64,000 nucleotides of DNA from Eledone cirrhosa (lineage: Eukaryota): assembly GCA_964016885.1 (NCBI GenBank), contig OZ024753.1, positions 3,410,001-3,474,000 of the forward strand, given 5' to 3'. The notes below the pieces were generated by a model that made no database searches, was not told the origin of the DNA, and was given only the letters and a program-made list of their open reading frames with translations. A program made the position numbers and the translations under genes. Within the stretch, counting starts at the first letter, position 1. Every line of letters begins with the position of its first letter. Positions 16,257 through 31,306 of this stretch are shown here, in pieces.

Positions 16257-17131
16257 TATATATATATGCCTACACACACACACACACACACACACACCTG
16301 GATCATATACGCACACATGCTGACTTCAGGAATCGAACTCACATCCAACACTCTTACCAGTAGGCCATAACGAACCAGACAAATATCTCAATAGCATTGT
16401 ATCCGGCTTTACACCAATCTTGCCAATCCACCAACCTTTGGCATGAACAAAATGTAGCAAGGTAATGAAACACATCAACTTATACAAAGAATGGGTCGTT
16501 ATAGTAATCACATGACTCACCTGCAATTATTCTACTTTCACTAAGTAGTCTGGACTATTGTCAGTTGTATATTTTGCCATGATTCATTAGAAGACATACG
16601 ACAGGGTTCACTTGGTTATCAAGTTTCTAATATATCATTTCAATAATAGCTCTGTGTAAAACGTATTCAAAACATAAACATGGGATACACTTAAATTCGG
16701 AGAAAACAAACGCCCATACAATATATCACCTTTAGTATTCTAGACCAACTGTATACATTATGTCAGTTTGGGGACAGTAAAACACTAGATAATAATGTCA
16801 GTTTTGATAGTGTAAACTACCACATAATACGTCAGTTTGCTGACAATAAACCGCCATTTATTACACGAAGATTTTACACAGTATTCTATAGCATAGCTGC
16901 ATGGTTGTGGATTTTATTGCCACTTCAACATTAAATCGTAGTCATTATTTTAAATATACTTCAGTGGGCTCAGCGTGACTGGGAATGTACGGAATAAGAA
17001 CGAAGCATGGCATGAAACATCTCTCATTCTTTATATCTCCCAACGTTAACATATGCGCAAATGCAAATATATATACATGGATACACACATGCACACATAC
17101 ATAATACGTGCATGCATTATGATACATTCAT

Positions 17132-17317
17132 GGGCGGTGGATTGGCAGTATCGGTAGAGGATCGGACGCCATGCTTTCCAGCATAGTTACGTCCCTTTAC
17201 GATCTGAGTTCAAATCCCGCCGAGGTTGACTTTGCCTTTCATCCTTATGGGGTCGATAAAATAAAGTACCAGTAATGCACTGGTAATTGCTGGCCTTGTG
17301 CCTAACGTAGAAACAAT
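17132..17317 (+). mobile_element. tRNA-derived SINE, family S1 (full length)
   Basis: A-box TGGCAGTATCGG, B-box GAGTTCAAATCC, body gcctttcatcctt..ggggtcgataaaataaagtacc, and a ~16-bp TSD attatgataca(t/c)tcat. Confidence 0.9.
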
Positions 17318-17658
17318 TATGATACACTCATACATACGTGTATATATATGATATATACATATATAATAAAATATAAATACCATAATATTTATCAGTGTAG
17401 TATATGCTACCAACTATTTTTCATCGATTGCAGATGACATCCATTGTATGTATTCATACGTGCACACATAGATACATATATAAATATAAACGTATATAAC
17501 ATACATAGCACATGCACAGTACCCCCATATATTTACACACACACACACACACACACACATACATGCATACAAATATATATACATATTTATATGAAGATAT
17601 TCGGGACCCCGAACTACTGCCGTTTCATCAGCTAGATACGAACGATATATATATATAT

Positions 17659-17817
<159 letters not shown>

Positions 17818-18081
17818 ATATAGTTGATCCCGATTAGAATCGAGGATAACCAGGGTAAATAAGGTACTCAATACATAAGTAAAGTGAGGACAACGAATAT
17901 CAGAAATTGCTGATTATTTCATGCAACTGAAACAGTGCTAGTCCTGTAGAAGCCTTTTCTATACTAAATCTTCGGGTTCCAGTTGCTAATAGCTTTACCG
18001 TGTCAGTGGTAACAAACAGTCATGGGCGGCATATGCAGGTCTTAGGATTCTGTCGATCGATTGGTTATTGATTAGGCGATA

Positions 18082-18191
18082 CCCGCTGATGAAACCGCAT
18101 AAGCCGATTGTGCATTGTTGCATAATATATGCAGACAGATGGTGCAGTGCACCTTACTGCCACATTAGTGCGGAGGAAAGTCGAGTCCGGG
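18082..18191 (+). ncRNA. Hammerhead ribozyme with 69-nt insertion in helix II (family V)
   Basis: CCCG-CUGAUGA-AA-CCGCA-[18100-18168]-UGCGG-AG-GAAA-GUCGAG-UC-CGGG. GUC triplet, 4-bp helix I. Confidence 0.7.
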
Positions 18192-18337
18192 AACCTTATA
18201 GTCACTCGTTTTACGTGTGTTGTGTTGAAGCAAATAACTTTGTGTATACTCTGGGAATCTATCTTACATTGCCCATTGAGTGCGTTGAGATACAACCGGT
18301 ACTGGCATTGATAAATATGGTGGGTTCGTCAACTCCT

Positions 18338-18372
<35 letters not shown>

Positions 18373-18451
18373 TATGTTTATGAATGTATGTAAACCTGCT
18401 TTCTTTGCCACATTTGTCCTTCATAATATAGACATGTATAAATGTCTCTAG

Positions 18452-18539
<88 letters not shown>

Positions 18540-19255
18540 GCGTGTGTGTGTGAGTGTGTGTTTGTATTAGAGAGAAACAAGTGGGGAAGAGATGATGGGG
18601 AGTGAAAGAGTAACAAAAGTGGGGGTGGGTGGGTAGGAAAAGGTGAGTTTAATAGTGAGTGAAGTAATTAATTAATTTACGCCAAAGCGTGTTTCTTCTA
18701 ATTTCTTAATTGGAATATGAGATATCACCTTGGTAAATAATTACCTTTAATGTGGTGATGATATCAGTAGGATGGCTTGATTATTTCTCTCTCGTTCCTT
18801 GGGCGAGATTCTACGTGACTACTTCGATAGACAGATAAGCTTTTACATACACTCGCAGGCGCTTACAATTGATGACAGCACAATTGACGACGACGACGAC
18901 ATCATCATTGATGTTGGTGGTGATGATGATGATGATGGTGCTGATGATGATAATGGTGAGGAGGAGGAGAGTGATGATTATAATAACTGTTGTGGGAAAT
19001 TTGCTTTTGATGCTGATGATAATGATGATGGTGATGACGGGGATGGATGATGATGATGATGATGATGATGGTGGTAATGTTTATAATAACAGTTGTAACA
19101 CGTTAGCTTCCGAGGCTGATGGTGATACATCCGCTGTTGCTGATGATGATGATGATGATGAGGAGGAGGTGTAGAGGAGGGGAGGGGGAGGAGGAGCAGG
19201 AGGAGGAGAATGGTGATGACTATAATAACTGTGATGCTTTTGCATTTGAAGCTGA

Positions 19256-21209
19256 TTGTTTTTGTGATTGTGGTTGTGGTTGTGATTGTGGTTGTGGTTG
19301 TGACTGTGGTTGTGGTTGTGGTTGTGATTGTGGTTGTGGTTGTGACTGTGGTTGTGGTTGTGACTGTGGTTGTGACTGTGGTTGTGGTTGTGGTTGTGGT
19401 TGTTTTTGTGATTGTGGTTGTGGTTGTGACTGTGGTTGTGGTTGTGACTGTGGTTGTGGTTGTGGTTGTGATTGTGGTTGTGGTTGTGATTGTGGTTGTG
19501 GTTGTGACTGTGGTTGTGACTGTGGTTGTGGTTGTGGTTGTGGTTGTTTTTGTGATTGTGGTTGTGGTTGTGACTGTGGTTGTGGTTGTGACTGTTTTTG
19601 TGATTGTGGTTGTGGTTGTGACTGTGGTTGTGGTTGTAGTTGTGATTGTTTTTTGTGATTGTGGTTGTGGTTGTGACTGTGGTTGTGGTTGTGACTGTTT
19701 TTGTGATTGTGGTTGTGGTTGTGACTGTGGTTGTGGTTGTGATTGTTTTTGTGATTGTGGTTGTGGTTGTGACTGTGGTTGTGGTTGTGACTGTGGTTGT
19801 GGTTGTGATTGTGGTTGTGGTTGTGACTGTGGTTGTGGTTGTGGTTGTGATTGTGGTTGTGGTTGTGACTGTGGTTGTGGTTGTGGTTGTGATTGTGGTT
19901 GTGGTTGTGACTGTGGTTGTGACTGTGGTTGTGGTTGTGGTTGTGGTTGTTTTTGTGATTGTGGTTGTGGTTGTGACTGTGGTTGTGGTTGTGACTGTTT
20001 TTGTGATTGTGGTTGTGGTTGTGACTGTGGTTGTGGTTGTAGTTGTGATTGTTTTTTGTGATTGTGGTTGTGGTTGTGACTGTGGTTGTGGTTGTGACTG
20101 TTTTTGTGATTGTGGTTGTGGTTGTGACTGTGGTTGTGGTTGTGATTGTTTTTGTGATTGTGGTTGTGGTTGTGACTGTGGTTGTGGTTGTGACTGTGGT
20201 TGTGATTGTGGTTGTGACTGTGTTTGTGACTGTGGTTGTGGTTGTGACTGTGGTTGTGGTTGTGATTGTGGTTGTGATTGTGGTTATGGTTGTGATTGTG
20301 ACTGTGGTTGTGACTGTGGTTGTGATTGTTTTTGTGATTGTGGTTCTGGTTGTGACTGTGGTTGTGGTTGTGACTGTTTTTGTGATTGTGGTTGTGGTTG
20401 TGACTGTGGTTGTGGTTGTAGTTGTGATTGTTTTTTGTGATTGTGGTTGTGGTTGTGACTGTGGTTGTGGTTGTGACTGTTTTTGTGATTGTGGTTGTGG
20501 TTGTGACTGTGGTTGTGGTTGTGATTGTTTTTGTGATTGTGGTTGTGGTTGTGACTGTGGTTGTGGTTGTGACTGTGGTTGTGGTTGTGATTGTGGTTGT
20601 GGTTGTGACTGTGGTTGTGGTTGTGGTTGTGATTGTGGTTGTGGTTGTGACTGTGGTTGTGGTTGTGGTTGTGATTGTGGTTGTGGTTGTGACTGTGGTT
20701 GTGACTGTGGTTGTGGTTGTGGTTGTGGTTGTTTTTGTGATTGTGGTTGTGGTTGTGACTGTGGTTGTGGTTGTGACTGTTTTTGTGATTGTGGTTGTGG
20801 TTGTGACTGTGGTTGTGGTTGTAGTTGTGATTGTTTTTTGTGATTGTGGTTGTGGTTGTGACTGTGGTTGTGGTTGTGACTGTTTTTGTGATTGTGGTTG
20901 TGGTTGTGACTGTGGTTGTGGTTGTGATTGTTTTTGTGATTGTGGTTGTGGTTGTGACTGTGGTTGTGGTTGTGACTGTGGTTGTGATTGTGGTTGTGAC
21001 TGTGTTTGTGACTGTGGTTGTGGTTGTGACTGTGGTTGTGGTTGTGATTGTGGTTGTGATTGTGGTTATGGTTGTGATTGTGACTGTGGTTGTGACTGTG
21101 GTTGTGATTGTTTTTGTGATTGTGGTTCTGGTTGTGGTTGTGATTGTGGTTGTGATTGTGGTTGTTTTTGTCATTGTGGTTCTGGTTGTGACTGTGGTTG
21201 TGGTTGTGT
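19256..21209. repeat. TGTNNN hexamer satellite with higher-order structure
   Basis: TGTGGT/TGTGAT/TGTGAC/TGTTTT units. The marker tgtagttgtgattgttttttg recurs at spacings of 403, 379 and 403 bp. Confidence 0.95.
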
Positions 21210-22094
21210 TTAAGGAGTTTTCAATGTTGACAGTTGTGGTTTCATTGGAGCTGATGGCGTTCCGTATTGGACGCCATCTTTCGTAATGGTGTCGCTATAA
21301 TGGTGATGAAAACAGATTATTTGATAACTAATGAAGATAGAGATATACATTCGAGAAGTGAACTGTAATGTTAATTGTTAATCTTATTGTTGTTGATAAT
21401 GTTGATGATTTTGTTAGTGGTGTTGGTAATGATATTGTTATTGTTGTTGTTGTTATTGATGCTGCTGCTGTTGTTGTTGATGATGATGCTGCCGCTAATG
21501 TTGTTGATGTTATTGTTGATGATGTTGATGCTGATGTTGTTGTTGTTGTTGGTGGTGGTGGTGATGTTGATGCTGCTGATGTTATTGTTGATGATGATGA
21601 TGCTGCTGATGTTATTGTTGATGATGTTGAGGATGCTGTGATGTTTTTAATATTATAGTGAAGGCGGTGGTGGTGATGGTGGTGGTGGTGGTGGTGGAGT
21701 AGTGGAGATGGTGGTGGTGGTGGTGGTGGTGGTGTGGTGGTTGTGGGGTAGTGGAGATGGTGGTGTTGTTGGGGTGGTAGAGATGGTGATGGAGATGGTG
21801 GTGGCGGGGTTGTGGTAGTGGTGGAGAGAGTGTTGGTGTGGTGCTGGTGATGGTGATGGTAGACAGGATGATGTGTAGGTTGTGCTGAGGCGGTTAGTCT
21901 TAATTAAACTATAAATGCAGCTTGGTTAAAGGTCTAGGAGGTTTGCTTTCAGAATCACAAGCTGATGCATTTGGTCTCGTTGCCTTTCTCGTGTCTTTTA
22001 CCCTCGGCTACGGTTCATCCAAGACTTGTGAGGGAAAGTACTTGAGTGGAATCTGTCCAAAAGACCGGCGGATGAACAGACACTGATTGCGATT

Positions 22095-22897
<803 letters not shown>

Positions 22898-24217
22898 GCC
22901 TCGTGTGTGGTGGATGTTAATTATATCATAATTTAATTTACATGTTTCATCCTAATAATAAGTTTCTAGATTGAATACGAATGTATGTGTGTATGTACAT
23001 ATACGAATGTATGTATGTATGTATGTATGTATGTATGTATGTATGTATGTATGTATGTATGTATGTATGTAGATATACGAATATATGTATGTATGTACAT
23101 ATACGAATATATGTATGTATGTATGTATGTATATATGTATGTATGTATTCAACATTCAGACATCTGTATCTGTATATGCTGTATTTAAGGAGTAGATATA
23201 TAATTTAATCTCTACATGTCTATATCAAGCTTCATGATGGCGTTGTCGACAAAGAGATTTTGTGATAATTAAAATGAATACCAGCTTTCAAAGGGACTGC
23301 TACGTGGTAGCTCGACATGCAACACATATCAACCAAATTTCATTTAAATCACATCGGAATCATGTAGTCCGATATATCACTAAAGAGGCAAGGTGATATC
23401 CAAAGTAAGACAGATAGGATAGAGTAGAAGAGTTTTAGATGATGATAATGATGATGATGATGGTGTGCAGTACGGTATTATAGGCGGATACGAAACATGA
23501 CAGAATTATAAAACAATGACATGCTGATAAGGCTATCATATGTTGCTTTAAACAAAATGCAACTAAATCTATCTATTTTATCTATTCACACATCACTTTC
23601 TCTCTCTATCTATTTACAATATATGTCTGTGATTCCTCTCAGTTTTCTTGTTGTCTGTCTCCCTCCTGTTTATTCATAATGTACCCTCACACACATAAAT
23701 AAGTTTCACTATATGAGAGGACGATAAATAAGTGTGTGTATGTTTGTGTCTGAAGTCGACATAATATTACTATGAAAAGCAGAATTATTGAATGAACAAC
23801 CAGGAAAGACACAGCAAGCACGTTGTAACAATTTATATCTTCTTTTCCACAAGATGAAAAAAAATAACATGTCACAAAGCTTGAAGCTATGTAACAATTT
23901 CTAAATATCGTTTTGATATACTGTATGATTTACCTTGCTTGTACGTATATATATATATATGTATATATATGTATATATAACTATGTAGCTTGTTCCCTTC
24001 CTCTCTACGGTTAGCTCTCCTCTTTGTTGTTATTTTGTCTCACTCGCTTTACGCGTTTTAATTGTCCTAATAACTTAATTTAGTTATTATTGCACCGACG
24101 TGAGGTATATGATTTTTAATGCAATGAAATATCTATGATCGTCGGCAAATCACTGATGAGGGACTCATTTTATTACATGTTATCCATGTGCAACCTGCAG
24201 TATTCTTCTCCCCATTT

Positions 24218-24248
<31 letters not shown>

Positions 24249-24569
24249 AATGCCTCGTGTGTGGTGGATGTATGGTCAAATTTGGGCCTTTGAAACTTGG
24301 GTAGCGCTGTTTTCCTTTTTCCTATTTCATATTTACGGATATTGCTACACAAACACACACACACACACACACATATATACACACATCTATATTTATCTAG
24401 CTATATGTGTGTGTGTGTGTGTGTGTATGTGCGTGAGTGTGTGTGTTTAAAAACACCGTATTATTTAAATCCTTCGTACGAACATCTAAGTAGAAAGTAG
24501 CCGTATCCTATGTATGTAATCTTGCTTTTTCTCTCAATCTCTCTCTTCCCCTCCCTCACACTCTCTCTG

Positions 24570-24603
<34 letters not shown>

Positions 24604-24616
24604 CACACACAAACAA

Positions 24617-24647
<31 letters not shown>

Positions 24648-24658
24648 AACACACACAA

Positions 24659-24695
<37 letters not shown>

Positions 24696-25430
24696 AACAG
24701 TAAACAATAAAAATAGCAAGTGATATTTTGCAATTAAAGGACAGAATATATATTTAAAAAAAAATAAAGAAGAAAAAGTATCAATCAAGAAGTAGATTTA
24801 GGCAACATAATGATCTTGAGATCAAATTAATTTATATCTATTTAAGTGTAAGTGTGCCTACGTTTGATGAGTCAATGCTTGCTGTGGAACCCTATTTAAT
24901 AAACCCCACTAAAAAAAACAGACTTAGTAAAACAACGATAGCAATGAAAAATGATGTTTGATATCTAGTTAATAGCTGCACGGTACAACATCACAACATC
25001 ACAACATCACTAGATATTAGAGCATGTGAACTAAGACATTTCTTTGAAGAAATAGCGCGTGGTAAATGAAGAAAAAAACCCACAAATTGTACAGACAGGC
25101 GGCGCTTTAATACAAACTGAAATGCATTTAGCAGTTGTAATTAAAATGGTGGAATGGAACAAACAACATATATTTCATGGTGTGATTGACGCCAAAAGTG
25201 GAGTTATTCTATTTGTATCTTGTCCGGATTCTTGTATGAAATTGTTGCCAAAGATTTGGAATTTTATTTACTATATTTATTCTTTGTAGTTGTATTTCGT
25301 TTTGTTTTCTTTTCTTTTCTTTTCTTTTACTGCTCTGTGCACTGTACGATAGTTTTGCATTCGATTTCTTTACACACACACACATGTGTGTGTATGAGTA
25401 TGTGTGTAAATATATTTATATATGTGTGTG

Positions 25431-25672
<242 letters not shown>

Positions 25673-26020
25673 TGTGTAAATATATACACCCATAAAATGT
25701 ATTTGTTTTATGTATTTATTTACATTGTTACATGGTTAACTATGTAAAAAGAAAAAAAATACTTTTAAATGTGACAATGTAAGAAGTAGACATAGATAAC
25801 CTCCCTATAGACGTGTTTCAACAAAGCAGACGATCTTTAATTTTCTCTTTGTCACTTTCTTTTCTCTCTGTTAGTTATTTTATTTTAAATTTTTGGTTTC
25901 ATTTTTGTTAGAGCGTAACGTAATAATGAAAATGTAGTGGCTAACGAATGGGAATAGTTGCTAGAGGTGGAGAATGAGGAAGTCGTTGATGACTGAGTAG
26001 AGAGCTGTGATGGCGTTGTT

Positions 26021-26880
26021 GATGGTGTTGGTTGGTGTGATGGTGGAGGAAGTTGATGGTGTTGGTTGGTGTGATGGTGGAGGTAGCTATGGTGGCGTTG
26101 TTGATGATGGAGGTTAGTGTGATGGTGGAGGTAGTGGATGGTGTTGGTTGGTGTGATGGTGGAGGTAGCTATGGTGGCGTTGTTGATGATGGAGGTTAGT
26201 GTGATAGTGGAGGTAGTGGATGGTGTTGGTTGGTGTGATGGTGGAGGTAGCTATGGTGGCGTTGTTGATGATGGAGGTTAGTGTGATAGTGGAGGTAGTG
26301 GATGGTGTTGGTTGGTGTGATGGTGGAGATAGCTATGGTGGCGTTGTTGATGATGGAGGTTAGTGTGATGGTGGAGGTAGTGGATGGTGTTGGTTGGTGT
26401 GATGGTGGAGGTAGCTATGGTGGCGTTGTTGATGATGGAGGTTAGTGTGGTAGTGGAGGTAGTTGATGGTGTTGGTTTGTGTGATGGTGGAGGTAGCTAT
26501 GGTGGCGTTGTTGATGATGGAGGTTAGTGTGATGGTGGAGGTAGTGGATGGTGTTGGTTGGTGTGATGGTGGAGGTAGCTATGGTGGCGTTGTTGATGAT
26601 GGAGGTTAGTGTGATAGTGGAGGTAGTGGATGGTGTTGGTTGGTGTGATGGTGGAGATAGCTATGGTGGCGTTGTTGATGATGGAGGTTAGTGTGATAGT
26701 GGAGGTAGTGGATGGTGTTGGTTGGTGTGATGGTGGAGGTAGCTATGGTGGCGTTGTTGATGATGGAGGTTAGTGTGATAGTGGAGGTAGTGGATGGTGT
26801 TGGTTGGTGTGATGGTGGAGATAGCTATGGTGGCGTTGTTGATAATGGAGGTTAGTGTGATAGTGGAGGTAGTGGATGGT
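26021..26880. repeat. 82-bp minisatellite, about 10 copies
   Basis: gatggtgttggttgg starts at 26055, 26137, 26219 and onward. Confidence 0.95.
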
Positions 26881-27039
26881 GCTGTTGATGATGGTGATTG
26901 GTGTGGTGGTGGAGGTAGTTATGGTAGCGTTGTTAATGGCGGTGGCTAGTGTGATAGTAGAGGTAGGTTTGCTGATGTTAGTTTGTTGGTGGCGGAGGTA
27001 ACTGTGGTGGAGGAGATGTGATGGTGTTGTTGATTGTGA

Positions 27040-27300
27040 TGGTGGGGGTAGTTGTGGTGGTGTTGTTGATTGTGATGGTGGAGAATATGTGGTGGCGTTG
27101 TTGATCGTGATGGTGGAGGTAACTGAGGTGGAGGAGATGTGGTGGCGTTGCTGATTGTGATGGTGGAGGTAACTGAGGTGGAGGAGATGTGGTGGTGTTG
27201 TTGACTGTGATGGTGGAGGTAACTGAGGTGGAGGAGATGTGGTGGTACGGCTGATTGTGATGGTGGAGGAGATGTGGTGGTGCTGTTGATTGTGGAGGTA
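27040..27300. repeat. 50-bp minisatellite related to the 82-bp array
   Basis: gtggtgg(c/t)gttg at 27089, 27139 and 27189, with a variant copy at 27239. Confidence 0.85.
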
Positions 27301-27821
27301 GTAGTGATGCGGTTGATAGTAATATTTCTATTGCTTCTAATGATGATAATATTAGCAGCCGTAGTTCTAATGGGCGGTACTGAAGTAAGAGAGAAATAAA
27401 AAAAATATAAAGCATATATTCGAACTAGAATAATGCTCTGTATAATTTAATAAAGCTCCATATTCTTCGATACCAGAAACTTCTAACAAATACACTTTTA
27501 GAATAAAAATGACAAAAACCTACTATTAATAATGAAACCAACAATCTATCGTATGCCCTGAGGCTATTTTATATATTACACCATAGTGAGTCTTGAATCA
27601 TTTCCTTCTCAAATTAGCTCCATAAATATTTATTTTATTTTAATTGAACTTGCAATCATCTCAACAATCTGCTTGAGAGAGAAATTTGTCGACAGCCATT
27701 TAGTAATTGCGGCACTGGTGATATCTCTAAGCAAGGTATGAGATCTTGGTTCGCTGTTTGTGACGAGAATAATGATATATAACAAATATGCAGATATTAA
27801 CGACACGACGCATATCTATAG

Positions 27822-28097
27822 TAATAATAATTATGAAGACTAAAAAAAATACGAATAGGGCTTGATAAGGATAATATATATATATATACGGATTTTATAT
27901 ATATATTATATATATATATATATATGGATTTTATATATATGTATAATCCGTAAGGCAGATATTTATTATTTGTATAGATTAAAGTTTAAGCAAAGAATCA
28001 CTGCTTTCACCCTTTTATGAAATCCTCTGAAAGATCTTCAAAAGATCCCGTAAAAGGATGAAAGCAGCGATTCTTTGCTTACACTTTAATCTGTACA

Positions 28098-28104
<7 letters not shown>
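27822..28104. mobile_element. Family C fold-back element
   Basis: Imperfect hairpin at 27964-28104 centred near 28033, with a tail on the left. Confidence 0.7.
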
Positions 28105-28150
<46 letters not shown>

Positions 28151-28155
<5 letters not shown>

Positions 28156-28341
28156 AAGTATGACCCCCGACGGAAGAGCTCAAGCCATTTCGACGTCTAT
28201 TTCTGGACCAGAAATAGTCGTCGAAACGGCTTGAGCTCTGCCGTCGGGGTCATACTTTTTCCTATTTCCCACACTACTACTTTAAGTATTGAGTACTCTG
28301 GTGCGTTATGGTCCATCTGGTTCCTTACCACATTTCCTTTG

Positions 28342-28344
<3 letters not shown>
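28151..28344 (+). mobile_element. Fold-back element, family R (3' half of a hammerhead in each arm)
   Basis: Hairpin centred near 28207. The arm reads CGUC-GAAA-CGGC..GCCG-UC-GGGG. ~78-bp tail, (TA)n flanks. Confidence 0.8.
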
Positions 28345-28378
<34 letters not shown>

Positions 28379-28382
<4 letters not shown>

Positions 28383-28527
28383 AAAGGAGTCAGGATCCCG
28401 ACCGACGGCTGAACTCCGGCCGTTTCGACTCCTGACTCCTTTCCTATTACCCACTCTACTACCCTAAGTATCGAGTACTCTATAGCGTTATGCTCCACCT
28501 GGTACCTTACCACACCTTCTTTGTTCT
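28379..28527 (+). mobile_element. Family R element, variant copy
   Basis: Inverted repeat ataggaaaggagtcagga/tcctgactcctttcctat, the same tail, and a half-hammerhead on the minus strand. Confidence 0.7.
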
Positions 28528-28542
28528 CTCTCTCTCTCTATA

Positions 28543-28584
<42 letters not shown>

Positions 28585-28587
<3 letters not shown>

Positions 28588-28769
28588 TGTTTCTACTTTT
28601 GGCACAAGGCCAGCAATTATCCCCAGTGCATTACTGGTACTTTATTTTATCGACTCCGTAAGGATGAAAGGCAAAGTTAACCTCGGCGCGATTTTAACTC
28701 AGAATGGCAAGGGCCGTAACTATGCGTCAAAGCATAGAGTCCGACCCTTTACCGATACTGCCAATCCAC
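28585..28769 (-). mobile_element. SINE S1
   Basis: Reverse complement of the S1 consensus with an (ATT)n tail. Confidence 0.85.
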
Positions 28770-28846
28770 AGGATATATGTATCGTAGAAGAGGAGGTAGA
28801 GAGATATAGAGAGGGACGGCTAGTTACGCCTTCATTCATCCACTTG

Positions 28847-28886
<40 letters not shown>

Positions 28887-29138
28887 GTGATCAATCTGTC
28901 AACATGTAGCTATTCGCCTCTACCGTGTTTTTTTCATTTCTTCCTACGTTTCTGTTGTTTCCGCCTCCATTCATTAGAGAAGGATGTAGGCCGAAACGCC
29001 ATGAATAGCTTTTGTCATTTCTCCTGAATGACAAACTATTAACTTATAATCGTATCGTATCCTATCACTTTCTTATATATACATATATGTGTGTGTGTGT
29101 ATGTGTGTGTCGTGTGTGTATGTGTGTGTATGTGTGTG

Positions 29139-29183
<45 letters not shown>

Positions 29184-29208
29184 TGTGTCTGTGTCTGTGT
29201 CTGTGTCT

Positions 29209-29316
<108 letters not shown>

Positions 29317-30059
29317 GTGTGCGCGTATGTCTATACTTATATAGAAATTTCTGGAAAATTATCGTTTTAGGTCAATTTCTAACACTATTCGTGTGCTACA
29401 TTTTAATATGTTTTGCTTCGCTTTTTTGAAATTGATCTGTCAAACGGGAAACACATTACCTTCCTGGGTGATGAAAAGTTCCTTGTTTATGTTATATTGA
29501 TTTCCCCTTCTCTTTCGTAAATTATAAATACTAATCTGACGTTTATTTAACTTCGAATCTCTAATGTTATCTTAATCGAATCGTAAGGATCATGGTATAA
29601 GTGAGAGATGTGTGTTGCAGAGAGGTGTGTATGCATGTATTATTTTCATAGGACATACAATCACTATTCTTGCTCTACATATCTTTTGCACTTCCTCTCT
29701 AGTTCTCTTTCCCCTTAACTAGAGGGGAATCCCTGTGTACAGACATGAAGATGGATGTGCTCCGCTAGGATTAATATGGCCAAGAAACGCCATTAGGGAA
29801 CGCCCTCAACTCCACCTCCAGTAATGAGTTCATACATAAATTCAGTCTGTATTAAGACAGGATGTGGCGATCAAATATGAAATTATATTTCTCTCAAATC
29901 ACACTAGTAACTCTGAAATAATGCACATATTATGTAACATCGTCTCTAATACACTGTAAGACAGGATGTTGATAGCAACACTGCCATGATCGTAGGTCTG
30001 AACAACATACAAGCTCAAACGCAAATACACCAACACAGGCATTAATATATGTATATATA

Positions 30060-30434
30060 TATAAACGTTTGAATATGTGTAATAAAGCCAAAACAATGCA
30101 GGTATGGACATAGAAAAAAGAATGCAATTGTAAAAGATATTGTTGACAATTCGTCCTTTACCTTAGATTTATTTAAATGTCCTTAATTTTCGAGATAATA
30201 TGGCAAGATATTTAGAATGCTGGTTTGAGACCTTTATTTCCCTCTGAAGAAGAGATATTATCTCGAAAATTAAGGACATTTAAATAAATCTAAGTTAAAG
30301 GACGAATTCTCAACAATATCTTTTACAATTGCATTTTTTTTCTATGTCCATACCTGCATTGTTTTGGCTTTATTACACATATTCAAACGTTTATACCTCA
30401 TTACACAATGCTTCAAGTGAACTATAACCTCCTC

Positions 30435-30436
<2 letters not shown>
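30060..30436. mobile_element. Penelope-like fold-back element, family E
   Basis: ~140-bp inverted arms at 30060-30201 and 30255-30395, a ~40-bp tail, and TA-rich flanks. Confidence 0.8.
30241..30275 (+). ncRNA. Minimal type I hammerhead ribozyme (family E)
   Basis: CCU-CUGAAGA-A-GAGAU AUU AUCUC-GAAA-AU-UA-AGG. Helix III is reduced to the palindrome AAUU. Confidence 0.8.
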
Positions 30437-30481
<45 letters not shown>

Positions 30482-30484
<3 letters not shown>

Positions 30485-30661
30485 GATAGGTATGCTGAAA
30501 ATCTCCTGGCTTTTAAGGGTATGGTGGAAGGGTATAGCTGTTACATTTACAAGGAAGGTAGGGCCACTGAAACAAGATGTGAACCTGACACGCAATATGT
30601 TGAATAAAATCATAATTAACTGATCCTCCTGTATTTTCTTTTATCCAAAACCAGCACCCCT

Positions 30662-30665
<4 letters not shown>
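30482..30665. mobile_element. Probable Tc1/mariner-derived MITE
   Basis: Degenerate mariner-type ends acgataggtatgctgaaaa.. / ..cagcaccccttgTA in TA context. A similar end lies at ~13161-13280 (tacaagggtcggtcgaaaagttc). Confidence 0.45.
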
Positions 30666-30700
<35 letters not shown>

Positions 30701-30715
30701 ATGTGTGTATGTGTA

Positions 30716-31306
<591 letters not shown>

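Noticed and set aside
17132-17230. tRNA gene
   Set aside because: The A/B boxes belong to a multi-copy SINE head with TSDs; no cloverleaf is evident.
19119-21286. Metallothionein-like Cys-rich or poly-Val CDS
   Set aside because: Pure hexamer satellite with a frameshift every ~400 bp and no splice or other gene evidence.
24152-24170. CTGATGA as a hammerhead core
   Set aside because: No GAAA or helices follow. The same applies to CTGATGA at ~56569 and CTGAAGA at ~5878, ~39338 and ~58993.
26021-26880. CRISPR array or mucin exon
   Set aside because: Head-to-tail repeats with no unique spacers; the 82-bp period is not a multiple of 3 and stops occur.
28969-29006. Hammerhead (helix I attcat/atgaat, GAAACG)
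   Set aside because: The core and cleavage triplet are mutated; at most a dead relic.
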